Part shown: one piece after another, positions 1-8,475 of the stretch | Numbering within the stretch: the first letter of the stretch is position 1 | Layout: every line of letters begins with the position of its first letter | Assembly (NCBI GenBank): GCA_963842085.1 | Contig: CAWJET010000001.1 | Location: 2,016,001-2,080,000 of the forward strand | DNA length: 64,000 bases | Direction of reading: 5' to 3' | From: an uncultured delta proteobacterium | GTDB taxonomy: Bacteria > Desulfobacterota > Binatia > Binatales > Binataceae | Made by a program: the position numbers and the translations under genes | Notes under the pieces: model-generated | The model's input: the letters and a program-made list of their open reading frames with translations, nothing else | Told to the model about the DNA's origin: nothing | Database searches by the model: none

Positions 1-1179
1 GCTGAAGCTGTCGGGGTCGGCGAGGAAGCGAAGCGTGCGCGTCGGATCGATCGAGTAGGTCGGCGCGATCATCTCGAAGAACATCCGCGCGTCGGGAAAG
101 TACGGCCGGCGCATCAGGCGCCGCGTGCGGCGCGTCGGCGCGGCGAGGTTCTCGAAGGCCTCCATTATCAGGCGCATCTGCTCGGTGTCGCCGCGCGCGA
201 AGCCACGCGCACGAAGCGCGCCGAGCAGATCTGCGCGCGCGTCGCCGTCGTCGGCCCCGCCGCGGTCGGCCCCGCCGCGGGTGCGGCGATGCTGGTCGCG
301 ATAGAGGTCGAGCATCAGCGCGGCGAGCACGAGCGAATGCTCGGGAGCGAATCCGCTCGCGATGGCGCGGCCGAGCGCGGCCAGGTTGCGGACGGCGGGC
401 TGCTCGGCGAGCGTGGCGCCGCGCGATTTGAGATGCGCTGACAGAATCGGGATGACGTACTCGAGCAACCCCAGCTCTTCCATCAGGACGAGCGCATGCG
501 CGGCCTCGGGCTGGCCTAGCGTCTTGTAGGTTTCGTCGACCAGGCGCGGCACGGAGGACTTGGCGAGGTCGGCTCGATGACGCTCGATTGCAGCGCGGGT
601 GGCGGGCTCGATTTCGAAGCCGAGCTTGGCGGCGAAGCGCACCGCGCGCATCATGCGCACCGGATCCTCGCGCATCCGCAGCTCGGGGTCGCCGATAGTG
701 CGGATCAATCGAGCCTCGAGATCGCCGACTCCGCCGGGAAAATCGATCACCTGGAAATTTTGCGGATTGTAGAACAGCGCGTTGACAGTAAAGTCGCGGC
801 GAAACGCGTCTTCCTCGGGCGTGCCGAAAGTGTTGTCGAGGCGAATCAGCGGATCGTCGGTGTCGGCGACGGCCTCGGCCTGTTTGCGGAAGGTGGCGAC
901 CTCGACATTCTGGCGGCCGAAGAAAACGTGGACCAGGCGAAAGCGCCGGCCGATCAGGCGCGAGTTGCGGAACAGCTCGCGGACCTGCTGGGGATGGGCC
1001 GAAGTGGCGACGTCGAAATCCTTGGGCTTGCGCGCGAGCATCAGGTCACGCACGCCGCCGCCGACCAGGTAGGCCTGGTGGCCGGCGCCGGCCAGGCGAT
1101 AGAGGACCTTGAGGACGTTGGCGTCGATATCGCGCCGTGAGATGGGATGTTCGGCGCGCGCTAGTATGCGGGGTTCCAA
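1..1179 (-). CDS. pcnB: Poly(A) polymerase I (3' end outside window)
   Basis: Manual translation of the minus strand: LEPRILARAEHPISRRDIDANVLKVLYRL...AYLVGGGVRDLML...PKDFDVAT...RLIGRRFRLVHV. The LIGRRF motif distinguishes PAP from the CCA-adding enzyme. TTG start inferred. Confidence 0.9.
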   Translation of the reverse strand, partial: MEPRILARAEHPISRRDIDANVLKVLYRLAGAGHQAYLVGGGVRDLMLARKPKDFDVATSAHPQQVRELFRNSRLIGRRFRLVHVFFGRQNVEVATFRKQAEAVADTDDPLIRLDNTFGTPEEDAFRRDFTVNALFYNPQNFQVIDFPGGVGDLEARLIRTIGDPELRMREDPVRMMRAVRFAAKLGFEIEPATRAAIERHRADLAKSSVPRLVDETYKTLGQPEAAHALVLMEELGLLEYVIPILSAHLKSRGATLAEQPAVRNLAALGRAIASGFAPEHSLVLAALMLDLYRDQHRRTRGGADRGGADDGDARADLLGALRARGFARGDTEQMRLIMEAFENLAAPTRRTRRLMRRPYFPDARMFFEMIAPTYSIDPTRTLRFLADPDSFS

Positions 1180-1324
1180 TTGCCTTTGCCCGAATTCGTT
1201 CCAAAGCTAGCACGACGGCGCGCGGTCTTCATCGTCCCGGCACATGAGCTGGCGACCGGCGCGACGCTTTGCCCATAAAGCGCGAAAAGAGTTACGCTGG
1301 GGCGCCACCAAAGGAGACTTCCAC

Positions 1325-1855
1325 ATGGACAAATTTCTAACTGACGTTAAAAAGCTGCGCGACAACGCCCGCAAGAATATGGAAAAGGGCTCCGTTACCG
1401 AGGGCTACAAGGCGGACGTCAAGCAGGTGCTGAAAGTGCTCAACGACGTGCTGGCGACCGAACTGGTCTGCGTGTTGCGCTACAAGCGGCATTACTACAT
1501 GGCGCAGGGCATCAGCAGCGATTCGGTCAAGGCGGAATTTCTGCAGCACGCCAACGAAGAGCAGCAGCACGCCGACTGGGTCGCCGAGCGGATCACACAG
1601 CTCGGCGGCGACCCGGACTTCAGTCCCAGCACGCTCGCGGACCGCGCGCACTCGGAGTACGTCGAGGGCAAGACGCTGGTCGATATGATCAAGGAAGATC
1701 TGATCGCCGAGCGGATCGCAATCCAGAGCTATTCGGAGATCATCCGATGGCTGGGCGACGGCGATCCGACCACCAAGATCCTGATTGAGCAGATCAACAA
1801 GATGGAAGAAGAGCACGCCAACGACATGCTGGACCTGCTCGCCAAGATGGGCTGA
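1325..1855 (+). CDS. Bacterioferritin / ferritin-like protein
   Basis: Diiron ExxH motifs (EEQQH, EEEH) and LNDVLATE; AAGGAG RBS before ATG 1325. Confidence 0.85.
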   Translation: MDKFLTDVKKLRDNARKNMEKGSVTEGYKADVKQVLKVLNDVLATELVCVLRYKRHYYMAQGISSDSVKAEFLQHANEEQQHADWVAERITQLGGDPDFSPSTLADRAHSEYVEGKTLVDMIKEDLIAERIAIQSYSEIIRWLGDGDPTTKILIEQINKMEEEHANDMLDLLAKMG

Positions 1856-2015
1856 GGATCCCGCCTGCGAGGGGACGCGGCCGCGAACGCGATCGCGTCC
1901 GCTTCCCCGACTTGCGACTCGGGCGGATTGACATACTCACTGCGCTTGCACTATCAGGAATTCCACAGCGCGCGGAGCATCACGCTTCGCCATCGGGCCG
2001 CCGGAGAACGCCACG

Positions 2016-3320
2016 ATGAAGCCCGCACGCATCCTGTTCTTGATGCTCGTCGTCTCGGCGGCGGCGGTGGCCTCATTCAGTCTGGTTGAAGCGCAAGGAC
2101 CGGGTCCGCTCGCTGATCCCAAGTCCGAGAACCAGGCGGGCTTTCCGGCCACTCTGTATTCGGCGGTGATCCCGCCCGACAATCCGCAGACGCCGGCAAA
2201 GATTGCGCTCGGCAAGGCGCTGTTCTTCGAGGACGCCTTGTCGGCGGACGGCAAGATCTCGTGCGATCACTGTCACGCGCCCGCCAAGGGTTTCACCGAT
2301 CAGCTTCCGACCTCGATGGGCATCCACGCGCAGTTCGGGCAGCGCAATGCGCCGTCCGTCCTCAACGCGCTGTTCAATGTGACGCAGTTCTGGGATGGCC
2401 GCTCGCCCACGCTCGAGGCGCAGATCGAGGGCCCGGTGACCAATCCGGTCGAAATGGGAATGAAATCGACTGAGGACGCGGTGGCGGCCGTCAAGGCGAT
2501 TCCCGAGTACCAGAAGCAGTTCCAGGAAGTGTTCGGGCACGACGTCAACTTCGCCGATATCGAGCGCGCGATTGCGGCGTACGAGCGCACGCAGCTCGCG
2601 TTCGACTCGCCGTTCGACAAGTTTATCGCCGGCGACCAGAGCGCGATCAGCGATTCGGCCAAGCGCGGATGGGCGATTTTCAACGGCAAAGGCCGCTGCA
2701 TGTCGTGTCACGGATGGAATCCGACACAGCCGCTGTTTACCGATCAGAAGTTTCACAACATCGGCGTGTCGGCGCATAAGTCCGACTTCGTGCCGCTCGC
2801 GCGCAAGGCGCTCGACGTGCTCGGCACGAGCGGCGGCGGCTCGGAAGCGATCGACAAGCTGGCGATTGGCACCGACATGAGCGGGCTTGGACGATTCCTG
2901 GTGACCAAGCAGCCGCATGACATCGGCGCGTTTCGCACCATGAGTCTGCGCAACCTGCTGGTAACGCAGCCGTACTTTCACGACGGCTCGCAGGCGACGC
3001 TGTGGGACACGATCGATCATTACAACAAGGGCGGGGTGCAGAACCCGTACCTGGACGGCGGGATCGTTCCGCTCGGACTCAGCGAAGATGAGGAGGACGA
3101 CCTGGTCGCGTTTCTCGCGAGCCTGACCAGTCCCGAATACGCTGAAGCCGCCCAGCAGGAGTACGACCTGCAGTTCAAACGCTCGCGCACCGACAGGCCG
3201 CAGCGCGATACCGCCGCCGCCAACGGCGACAAGGGGCGCGGGCCGGGATTGGCGGGACCGTTCGGCGATATCGGACCGGCGCAGACCGAGGAGAATCCGG
3301 CACTGCTGGGCGGTGATTAA
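2016..3320 (+). CDS. Diheme cytochrome c peroxidase (bCcP/MauG superfamily)
   Basis: Signal peptide, two CxxCH motifs (CDHCH, CMSCH), QFWDGR, PYFHDGS. Confidence 0.9.
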   Translation: MKPARILFLMLVVSAAAVASFSLVEAQGPGPLADPKSENQAGFPATLYSAVIPPDNPQTPAKIALGKALFFEDALSADGKISCDHCHAPAKGFTDQLPTSMGIHAQFGQRNAPSVLNALFNVTQFWDGRSPTLEAQIEGPVTNPVEMGMKSTEDAVAAVKAIPEYQKQFQEVFGHDVNFADIERAIAAYERTQLAFDSPFDKFIAGDQSAISDSAKRGWAIFNGKGRCMSCHGWNPTQPLFTDQKFHNIGVSAHKSDFVPLARKALDVLGTSGGGSEAIDKLAIGTDMSGLGRFLVTKQPHDIGAFRTMSLRNLLVTQPYFHDGSQATLWDTIDHYNKGGVQNPYLDGGIVPLGLSEDEEDDLVAFLASLTSPEYAEAAQQEYDLQFKRSRTDRPQRDTAAANGDKGRGPGLAGPFGDIGPAQTEENPALLGGD

Positions 3321-3349
3321 CCTGATGAAAGAAAAAAGGCAGGCGCACG

Positions 3350-4498
3350 ATGGCTGCTCGGCATAAGAGCGTCGAAACCAAATACCTGGAAGAGCGCGAC
3401 GCGGTCCTGCGCGGACTGCGCGGTCTTGACCGGCGCACGTTTCTGAAGGTGCTGGCCGCGTCGGCCGGTGCGGTGATGGCGAAGAGCCTGATGCCGCCGC
3501 ATTCGTTCCAGCTCGTCCAGGTCGCCAACGCCGCGACCGACAAGGGTGCGGGTGCGACCGGCATGGCTGGCCAGCCGCCGTTCACCTTCGCGTACATCTC
3601 GGACACGCACCTTTATGAGCGCACTCTCAACCAGCGCTTTGTGCGGGCGGTGGTCAAAGCGGTCGATGACGTGAACGCGCTCGATCCGCAGCCGGACTTC
3701 GTGCTGTTCGGCGGGGATCTGGCGCAACTGGGGCGGCGCGAGGAGCTCGATCTCGGCAAGCAGATTCTCGACGAGGTGAAGGCGCCGGTGAAAATGATGA
3801 TCGGCGAGCACGACTGGTTCTACGACATGGGCGACGCGTGGCAGGAGATGTTCGGCCCGCCCAATTACTCATTCGACTGGAAAGGCGCGCACGTCGTGGT
3901 GCTGATGAGCGTGCACGAGAAGGATTTCTGGACGGCGCGCAAAATGACGCCGGCCGAGAGGATGCAAACGGTCGCGGGACTCGACAACGGCATCCAGTCG
4001 CGCTTCGAGGTCGGCGACGAGGAGCGCAAGTGGCTGTCCGACGACCTCGCCAAAGTGCCGCACACCACGCCGCTGCTGGTCTTCTCGCACTCGCCGCTCT
4101 ACAAATACTACCGCAACTGGAATTTCTGGACCGAAGACGCCGAGCAGGTGCAGGCGATTCTGAAGCCGTACAAGCACGTAACGGTGATTCACGGCCATAC
4201 GCATCAGATGCTGTTCAACCAGATCGGGAACATCAGCTTTTACGGGATGCTCTCGACGGCGTGGCCGTGGCCATACGCGCCGAGCGGGCTGCCACCGCTG
4301 ACGGTTCAGATGAACCGGGCGGATCCGTTCGATCAGTTCGACGGGCTGGGCGACGGCCAGATAAATGTTCGCGCCGACGGCTTAGTCGACAAGATTTATA
4401 ACCTGTGGGATCGCAACCCGGTCACGGTGAAGGCCGATTACCTGGTTTCGCACGGCAAGGTTGCGCGGCCGCCCGCGCCGCAGTTCGCGAGCTACTGA
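3350..4498 (+). CDS. Tat-exported calcineurin-like metallophosphoesterase
   Basis: DRRTFLK twin-arginine motif; DTH, GGDL, GEHD, HSP and GHTH metal motifs. Confidence 0.88.
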   Translation: MAARHKSVETKYLEERDAVLRGLRGLDRRTFLKVLAASAGAVMAKSLMPPHSFQLVQVANAATDKGAGATGMAGQPPFTFAYISDTHLYERTLNQRFVRAVVKAVDDVNALDPQPDFVLFGGDLAQLGRREELDLGKQILDEVKAPVKMMIGEHDWFYDMGDAWQEMFGPPNYSFDWKGAHVVVLMSVHEKDFWTARKMTPAERMQTVAGLDNGIQSRFEVGDEERKWLSDDLAKVPHTTPLLVFSHSPLYKYYRNWNFWTEDAEQVQAILKPYKHVTVIHGHTHQMLFNQIGNISFYGMLSTAWPWPYAPSGLPPLTVQMNRADPFDQFDGLGDGQINVRADGLVDKIYNLWDRNPVTVKADYLVSHGKVARPPAPQFASY

Positions 4499-4501
4499 AG
4501 T

Positions 4502-5257
4502 ATGCGCAGACGATTGATCGCAATGGCAAGCGCCGCGGGATGTGCGGCGATACTCGCGGGCGTCGCGTACGCGCCGCGTGCTCTTCGCGCGCAACAAGCC
4601 TCGATCAACAATTCGGCGCCGACACTGCCTATCCATCAAGTGCCGCAAGCGAAAGACGGCGGCGTGGTCGTGATGCTCTGCGACGGCAAGACCAGCATGG
4701 AAGTGAAGGGCCTGAAGACGGGCCAGTCGATGACTCATGCGCAGGCGGTCGAGGTAACGCGCGAGTTGATGGCTAAATGGCAGCGCGAGCATCCCAACGA
4801 GAAGTGGGAGATGGCGCAGAGCGAGCAGTCGCCGGCGCCGATGTCGTATGCAGCATCGGCCGCCGGCGGGAAGGCGAAGCCGGCATCCAAAGGAATGCAG
4901 CAGGGCGACACTTACGCCAGCTTCACCGAGCGTGACTACAAAATCTGGAAGAACGAGACCGACAACTTCGTCGCGGAAGGCAAACGGATTTTCCACAGCG
5001 ACAAGGAGCTCGGCGGCACGATCGGCGTGAGCTGCGACATGTGCCATCCGGACGCGTCGAACACGCATCCCGAGACCTATCCCAAATACCAGGTGCAGCT
5101 GCAAAAGGTGGCGCTGCTGCGCGATATGATCGATTGGTGCATCGAGAACCCGGTCAAGGGCAAGGCGCTCGATCCCAACGATCCGAAACTGCGCGCGCTC
5201 GAAGCCTACATCCTGGCCCAGCGCAAAGGCGTCGCGCTCGACTACGGCAAACATTGA
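4502..5257 (+). CDS. Monoheme c-type cytochrome (SoxA/TsdA-like with possible Cys ligand)
   Basis: Signal peptide, CDMCH, downstream IDWCIENP. Confidence 0.75.
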   Translation: MRRRLIAMASAAGCAAILAGVAYAPRALRAQQASINNSAPTLPIHQVPQAKDGGVVVMLCDGKTSMEVKGLKTGQSMTHAQAVEVTRELMAKWQREHPNEKWEMAQSEQSPAPMSYAASAAGGKAKPASKGMQQGDTYASFTERDYKIWKNETDNFVAEGKRIFHSDKELGGTIGVSCDMCHPDASNTHPETYPKYQVQLQKVALLRDMIDWCIENPVKGKALDPNDPKLRALEAYILAQRKGVALDYGKH

Positions 5258-5417
5258 GCGCGCGCGCTCGGTCAGCTCCTTTACAAAGCATCCTGCGACT
5301 GATGGCACCTAATTAGGGGATTGATATAGTTGACACACAAGGCCCAGCTCCGATATGGTGGTCATCGATGACGCGGATTCCTAGGCTTTCTGGCGAGGTT
5401 TGCGCTTCGCTCGTTCG

Positions 5418-6371
5418 TCAGCAAGAAGTTGTTTCACTTCGTCTTTGGGGACGGAGACGATGCGCCGGAGTGCCGTGCGCATCTTGGACAGTGGCAGTGA
5501 TTTTTTCTTCATAGGGAGATTCCTTCAATGACAGACGATAATCAGAATGCTGGCAATACGGGTGGCGCAGCGCAGGGAAATCAACAAGGACAAAATCCCG
5601 CGCCGGTAACACCTCCCGTCCCAGTGCCTCCTGCGACCACCACCAACCCTCGACAGACACTGAATACTGTGCAAGAGGAGGTGAGTCCGCGCGATACGCT
5701 GAACACGTCACAGCACAACAATCAGTCAGAGGCGCGGCGCTCGTTGAATATAATTCAGAAGGGCGGGAAGTGATCGACCGAACAAGCGTCATTGCGACGG
5801 CAGCCGCCAAAGTAATTGCCAAGAGCACGCCCGCGAGCGCGACTAGGATCTGAGCCATGATCATTTGATCAGCCTTGTGATTTGCGATCCGATGATTGTC
5901 CTGTAGAACTTGGTGCATGGCGCTTATGTAGAATCGCTTGAGTGAATCGGAGCCTTGTAATACTCGATCGCGCGGGAACCATGTTCCCTCACTTAGTTGG
6001 CTCCAATTCTGTGCACCGTGAAGTGCCATTAGAGAAAAGAGACACGCACTTCCTGCGGCCAAAGCCACGATCACGATTGCGATCAGCTCAAGCCACGAAT
6101 GCGTCCAAGTAGCACCGCGCATTAACAGAAGCGCCAGTATCGCACTACTATATCCAACAAGTGTCGTGGCCTTAGAATCTATGAGCCCGACACGCTCCTC
6201 GTTCGCCGTAAGCAACATCTGTCCGAAATCGAACAGTTCCGTTGTTACGTCTTCCGCCGAATATTTCGCGAGAAGTTCATCGACTTCGGCTCCGGGCAAT
6301 TCTATTGTCTTTGTCTTGCCCAAAACGGAATTTCGTAACCAGCGGCGCAATTCAGAAAAGTAGTTCTTCAT
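5418..6371 (-). CDS. IS passenger membrane protein (3 predicted TM helices, Pycsar-effector-like layout)
   Basis: ORF overlaps the transposase stop by 4 bp; DSKATTLV-TM, second TM, then NHKAD-TM. The C-terminal ~110 aa may be a non-conserved extension. Confidence 0.6.
   Translation of the reverse strand: MKNYFSELRRWLRNSVLGKTKTIELPGAEVDELLAKYSAEDVTTELFDFGQMLLTANEERVGLIDSKATTLVGYSSAILALLLMRGATWTHSWLELIAIVIVALAAGSACLFSLMALHGAQNWSQLSEGTWFPRDRVLQGSDSLKRFYISAMHQVLQDNHRIANHKADQMIMAQILVALAGVLLAITLAAAVAMTLVRSITSRPSELYSTSAAPLTDCCAVTCSAYRADSPPLAQYSVSVEGWWWSQEALGREVLPARDFVLVDFPALRHPYCQHSDYRLSLKESPYEEKITATVQDAHGTPAHRLRPQRRSETTSC
5528..5773 (+). CDS. Small Q/N/P-rich hypothetical protein inside the IS
   Basis: AGGGAG RBS before ATG; 81 aa low-complexity ORF antisense to the tail of the 317-aa ORF. 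Confidence 0.45.
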   Translation: MTDDNQNAGNTGGAAQGNQQGQNPAPVTPPVPVPPATTTNPRQTLNTVQEEVSPRDTLNTSQHNNQSEARRSLNIIQKGGK

Positions 6372-7288
6372 TGGGTCAATTCCTTGTAAGTAAGTCTTCT
6401 GCCATCGGCTTGAGCGAGCGCCAACGCAAAGCGATCCCCATCCCCGATTTTCCGTTGGTTGAATCGAAACGTCGCGTCGTCAAGGTAGCGATCAAGCTGC
6501 CACGGCATCACGAAATGATGCGTCCCATAAACCGTGCGCTTGAAGTTTGCCCAGAAACTCTCGATCCCGTTCGTATGGACCGCGCCACGCACATACTCCT
6601 CAGAATGGTTAATGACTTCGTGCGCGTAGTCTGCGTCTAGTCCGCGAAAGGCCGCTGCCTCATCGGTATAGAGGATCGCGCCTGATTCGACGTTACGACG
6701 AATCACACGTTGGAGCGTTTCCGCCCGTTCGTTAGGTACGGATTTAGCACGGATCTGCCCGTGCCTTGCGAGCAATCCGAAGACCACGGCTTTGCCAACG
6801 TTGCCCGTTCCACGATGCAAGCGTTTGCTGCGATGTTTGTTCTTCTCCAGTCCGCCGATGCCTGTAGTATCGCCTTCAACCGGCCCAGACATAGGCGTCT
6901 CGAAGCTGCCCGCCCTCAACGCGAGCCGGATTCGATGGAGCATGAACCATGCGGTCTTTTGTGTGACGCCTAGGGCCTTTGCCAGCCGGTGGGAGCTATA
7001 GCCCTTTGTCGAGCAAGTGAGCAGCCAGACGGCGGGGAGCCACTTATCGAGCGTAATCGGCGAATCTTCGAAGATGCTACCGACCTTCACCGAAAACTGT
7101 TTGCTGCATGATTTGGATTTGCAGCGCCAGATCGCCCGCGTTTGGATGAACCATACGTCTCTCGATCCGCAACCCCTTCGCGGGCATCTTACGCCGGTCG
7201 GCCAACGGCATTCGGCCAAATAGTTACGACAGATTTCTGGGTCTGCAAAGTATCGAATCGCTTCAATCAGTGTCCGTGGCGTCTTCAT
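6368..7288 (-). CDS. IS1595-family DDE transposase
   Basis: N-terminal Zn ribbon, SVKVGSIFEDS, TAWFMLHRIR, LYTDE, VHTNGIESFW, YLDDATFRFN. Confidence 0.95.
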   Translation of the reverse strand: MKTPRTLIEAIRYFADPEICRNYLAECRWPTGVRCPRRGCGSRDVWFIQTRAIWRCKSKSCSKQFSVKVGSIFEDSPITLDKWLPAVWLLTCSTKGYSSHRLAKALGVTQKTAWFMLHRIRLALRAGSFETPMSGPVEGDTTGIGGLEKNKHRSKRLHRGTGNVGKAVVFGLLARHGQIRAKSVPNERAETLQRVIRRNVESGAILYTDEAAAFRGLDADYAHEVINHSEEYVRGAVHTNGIESFWANFKRTVYGTHHFVMPWQLDRYLDDATFRFNQRKIGDGDRFALALAQADGRRLTYKELTQ

Positions 7289-7368
7289 AAGCTAGATACT
7301 ACACGCACAACGCTTGTGTGTCAAGTATATCAATCCCCTAATTAGGTGCTCGCTCATAGAGGTGCTGC

Positions 7369-7665
7369 GTGACCCGGATCAACATCGCGAAGGACATTCA
7401 GTCGCTTACGACCTTCAGGCGTAAGTCGGGCCAATTTCTCAAACAGATCAAGAAGACCAAACGTCCAATCGTGCTGACCGTGAACGGCAAGGCCCAGGCG
7501 GTCGTGCAAGACGCAGAAGCTTATCAACGACTGCTCGACATAGCCGCTCGCGCGGACGTTTACGAGGCTCTCCGGCAAAGCGAAGACGACATCGCTCATG
7601 GGCGGACGCGGCCCGCCCGCGAAGTTTTCAGCGAGATGCGGCGACGCTACGGCATACCTCGTTGA
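7369..7665 (+). CDS. Phd/YefM-family antitoxin
   Basis: DIQSLTTFRR...PIVLTVNGKAQAVVQDAEAYQ; GAGG RBS, GTG start. Confidence 0.9.
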   Translation: MTRINIAKDIQSLTTFRRKSGQFLKQIKKTKRPIVLTVNGKAQAVVQDAEAYQRLLDIAARADVYEALRQSEDDIAHGRTRPAREVFSEMRRRYGIPR

Positions 7666-7900
7666 GCTGACGCTTCGCGCTCGGAAAGACCTGGTCGACA
7701 TATACGAACGAATCTCGGCTGACGACTCTGTCGTCGCCGCTCGCTGGTTCAACGGACTCGAGGCGGCGATCGCCACACTCGAACAGTTTCCGCGCCGCGG
7801 ACCGTCAGCTCCCGAAAGCGAAAAGGCCAAGCGGCAATTGCGACATTGTTGGGCGCTCACGCGGTTTGAGGTGTGCGCTCGTGGTCAGCGCGCGCGGTAG
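7649..7900 (+). pseudogene. RelE/ParE-family toxin, probably inactivated
   Basis: (T)AYLVELTLRARKDLVDIYERI...AARWFNGLEAAIATLEQFPRRG. The expected start position reads ACG, and ParE-like character ends after RQLRH. Confidence 0.7.
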
Positions 7901-8412
7901 AACAGCCAGGCGCGTTCGGAGATCGCGGCGATGTAGAACAGTGCGATCAGCGGCGCGAGGTCGCGCACGAGCGTCCCGGGAAGCGCTGGCGGCGGCGCGA
8001 TCGCGAGCGCGATCACGAGTGCATAGTTGATGATGCCGCCCCAGTGGCCCAGCCGGCTTTTTATCGGGCCTGATTCGCGGGCGCCGATCACGAACGAATC
8101 GATCGCATACTGGCTGAACGAGAGCGCTATCAGGATCGGAATGTAGAACGGGATCGCACCGGCCGCCGCTTCGCAGAAAAGTGCCGCCAGCACGAACGTA
8201 ACGTCCGCGACTCCGTCGAGCCATCGACCGCTGCTGCTCGCGACGCCCAGCCGCCGAGCGATTCGTCCGTCGATGAAATCGCTGGCAGCGGCGACAATCG
8301 CGACGATCGCGAATGCCAGCCGGCCGTCGTGCCCATGCGATTCAAGCTCGACCCAGACCGCGGCCAGCGCGAGCCGGAGCGCGCTAAGCCCATTGGGTAT
8401 CTGCGCGAGCAT
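7885..8412 (-). CDS. CDP-alcohol phosphatidyltransferase
   Basis: IPNGLSALR; DFIDGRIARR...GRWLDGVAD signature. Confidence 0.9.
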   Translation of the reverse strand: MLAQIPNGLSALRLALAAVWVELESHGHDGRLAFAIVAIVAAASDFIDGRIARRLGVASSSGRWLDGVADVTFVLAALFCEAAAGAIPFYIPILIALSFSQYAIDSFVIGARESGPIKSRLGHWGGIINYALVIALAIAPPPALPGTLVRDLAPLIALFYIAAISERAWLFYRAR

Positions 8413-8475
8413 CGCGGCGCCGCGGCCGGCCGGCGTTTCGCTCGGTGGCGGCGAATGCTCTACAATCGTGCTCTT

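Larger units (their letters stand above)
5317..7337 (-). mobile_element. IS1595-family insertion sequence with passenger genes
   Basis: Terminal inverted repeats GGGATTGATATA(G/C)TTGACACACAAG at 5317-5341 and 7313-7337. Flanking direct repeat CTAATTAG at 5309-5316 and 7338-7345; the exact TSD length (6, 8 or 10 bp) is ambiguous because the target is palindromic. Confidence 0.92.

Noticed and set aside
577-1140. 187-aa plus-strand ORF and similar long antisense ORFs (e.g. 2073-3020, 11099-12289, 33604-35442)
   Set aside because: Shadow ORFs opposite well-supported genes, expected in high-GC DNA.
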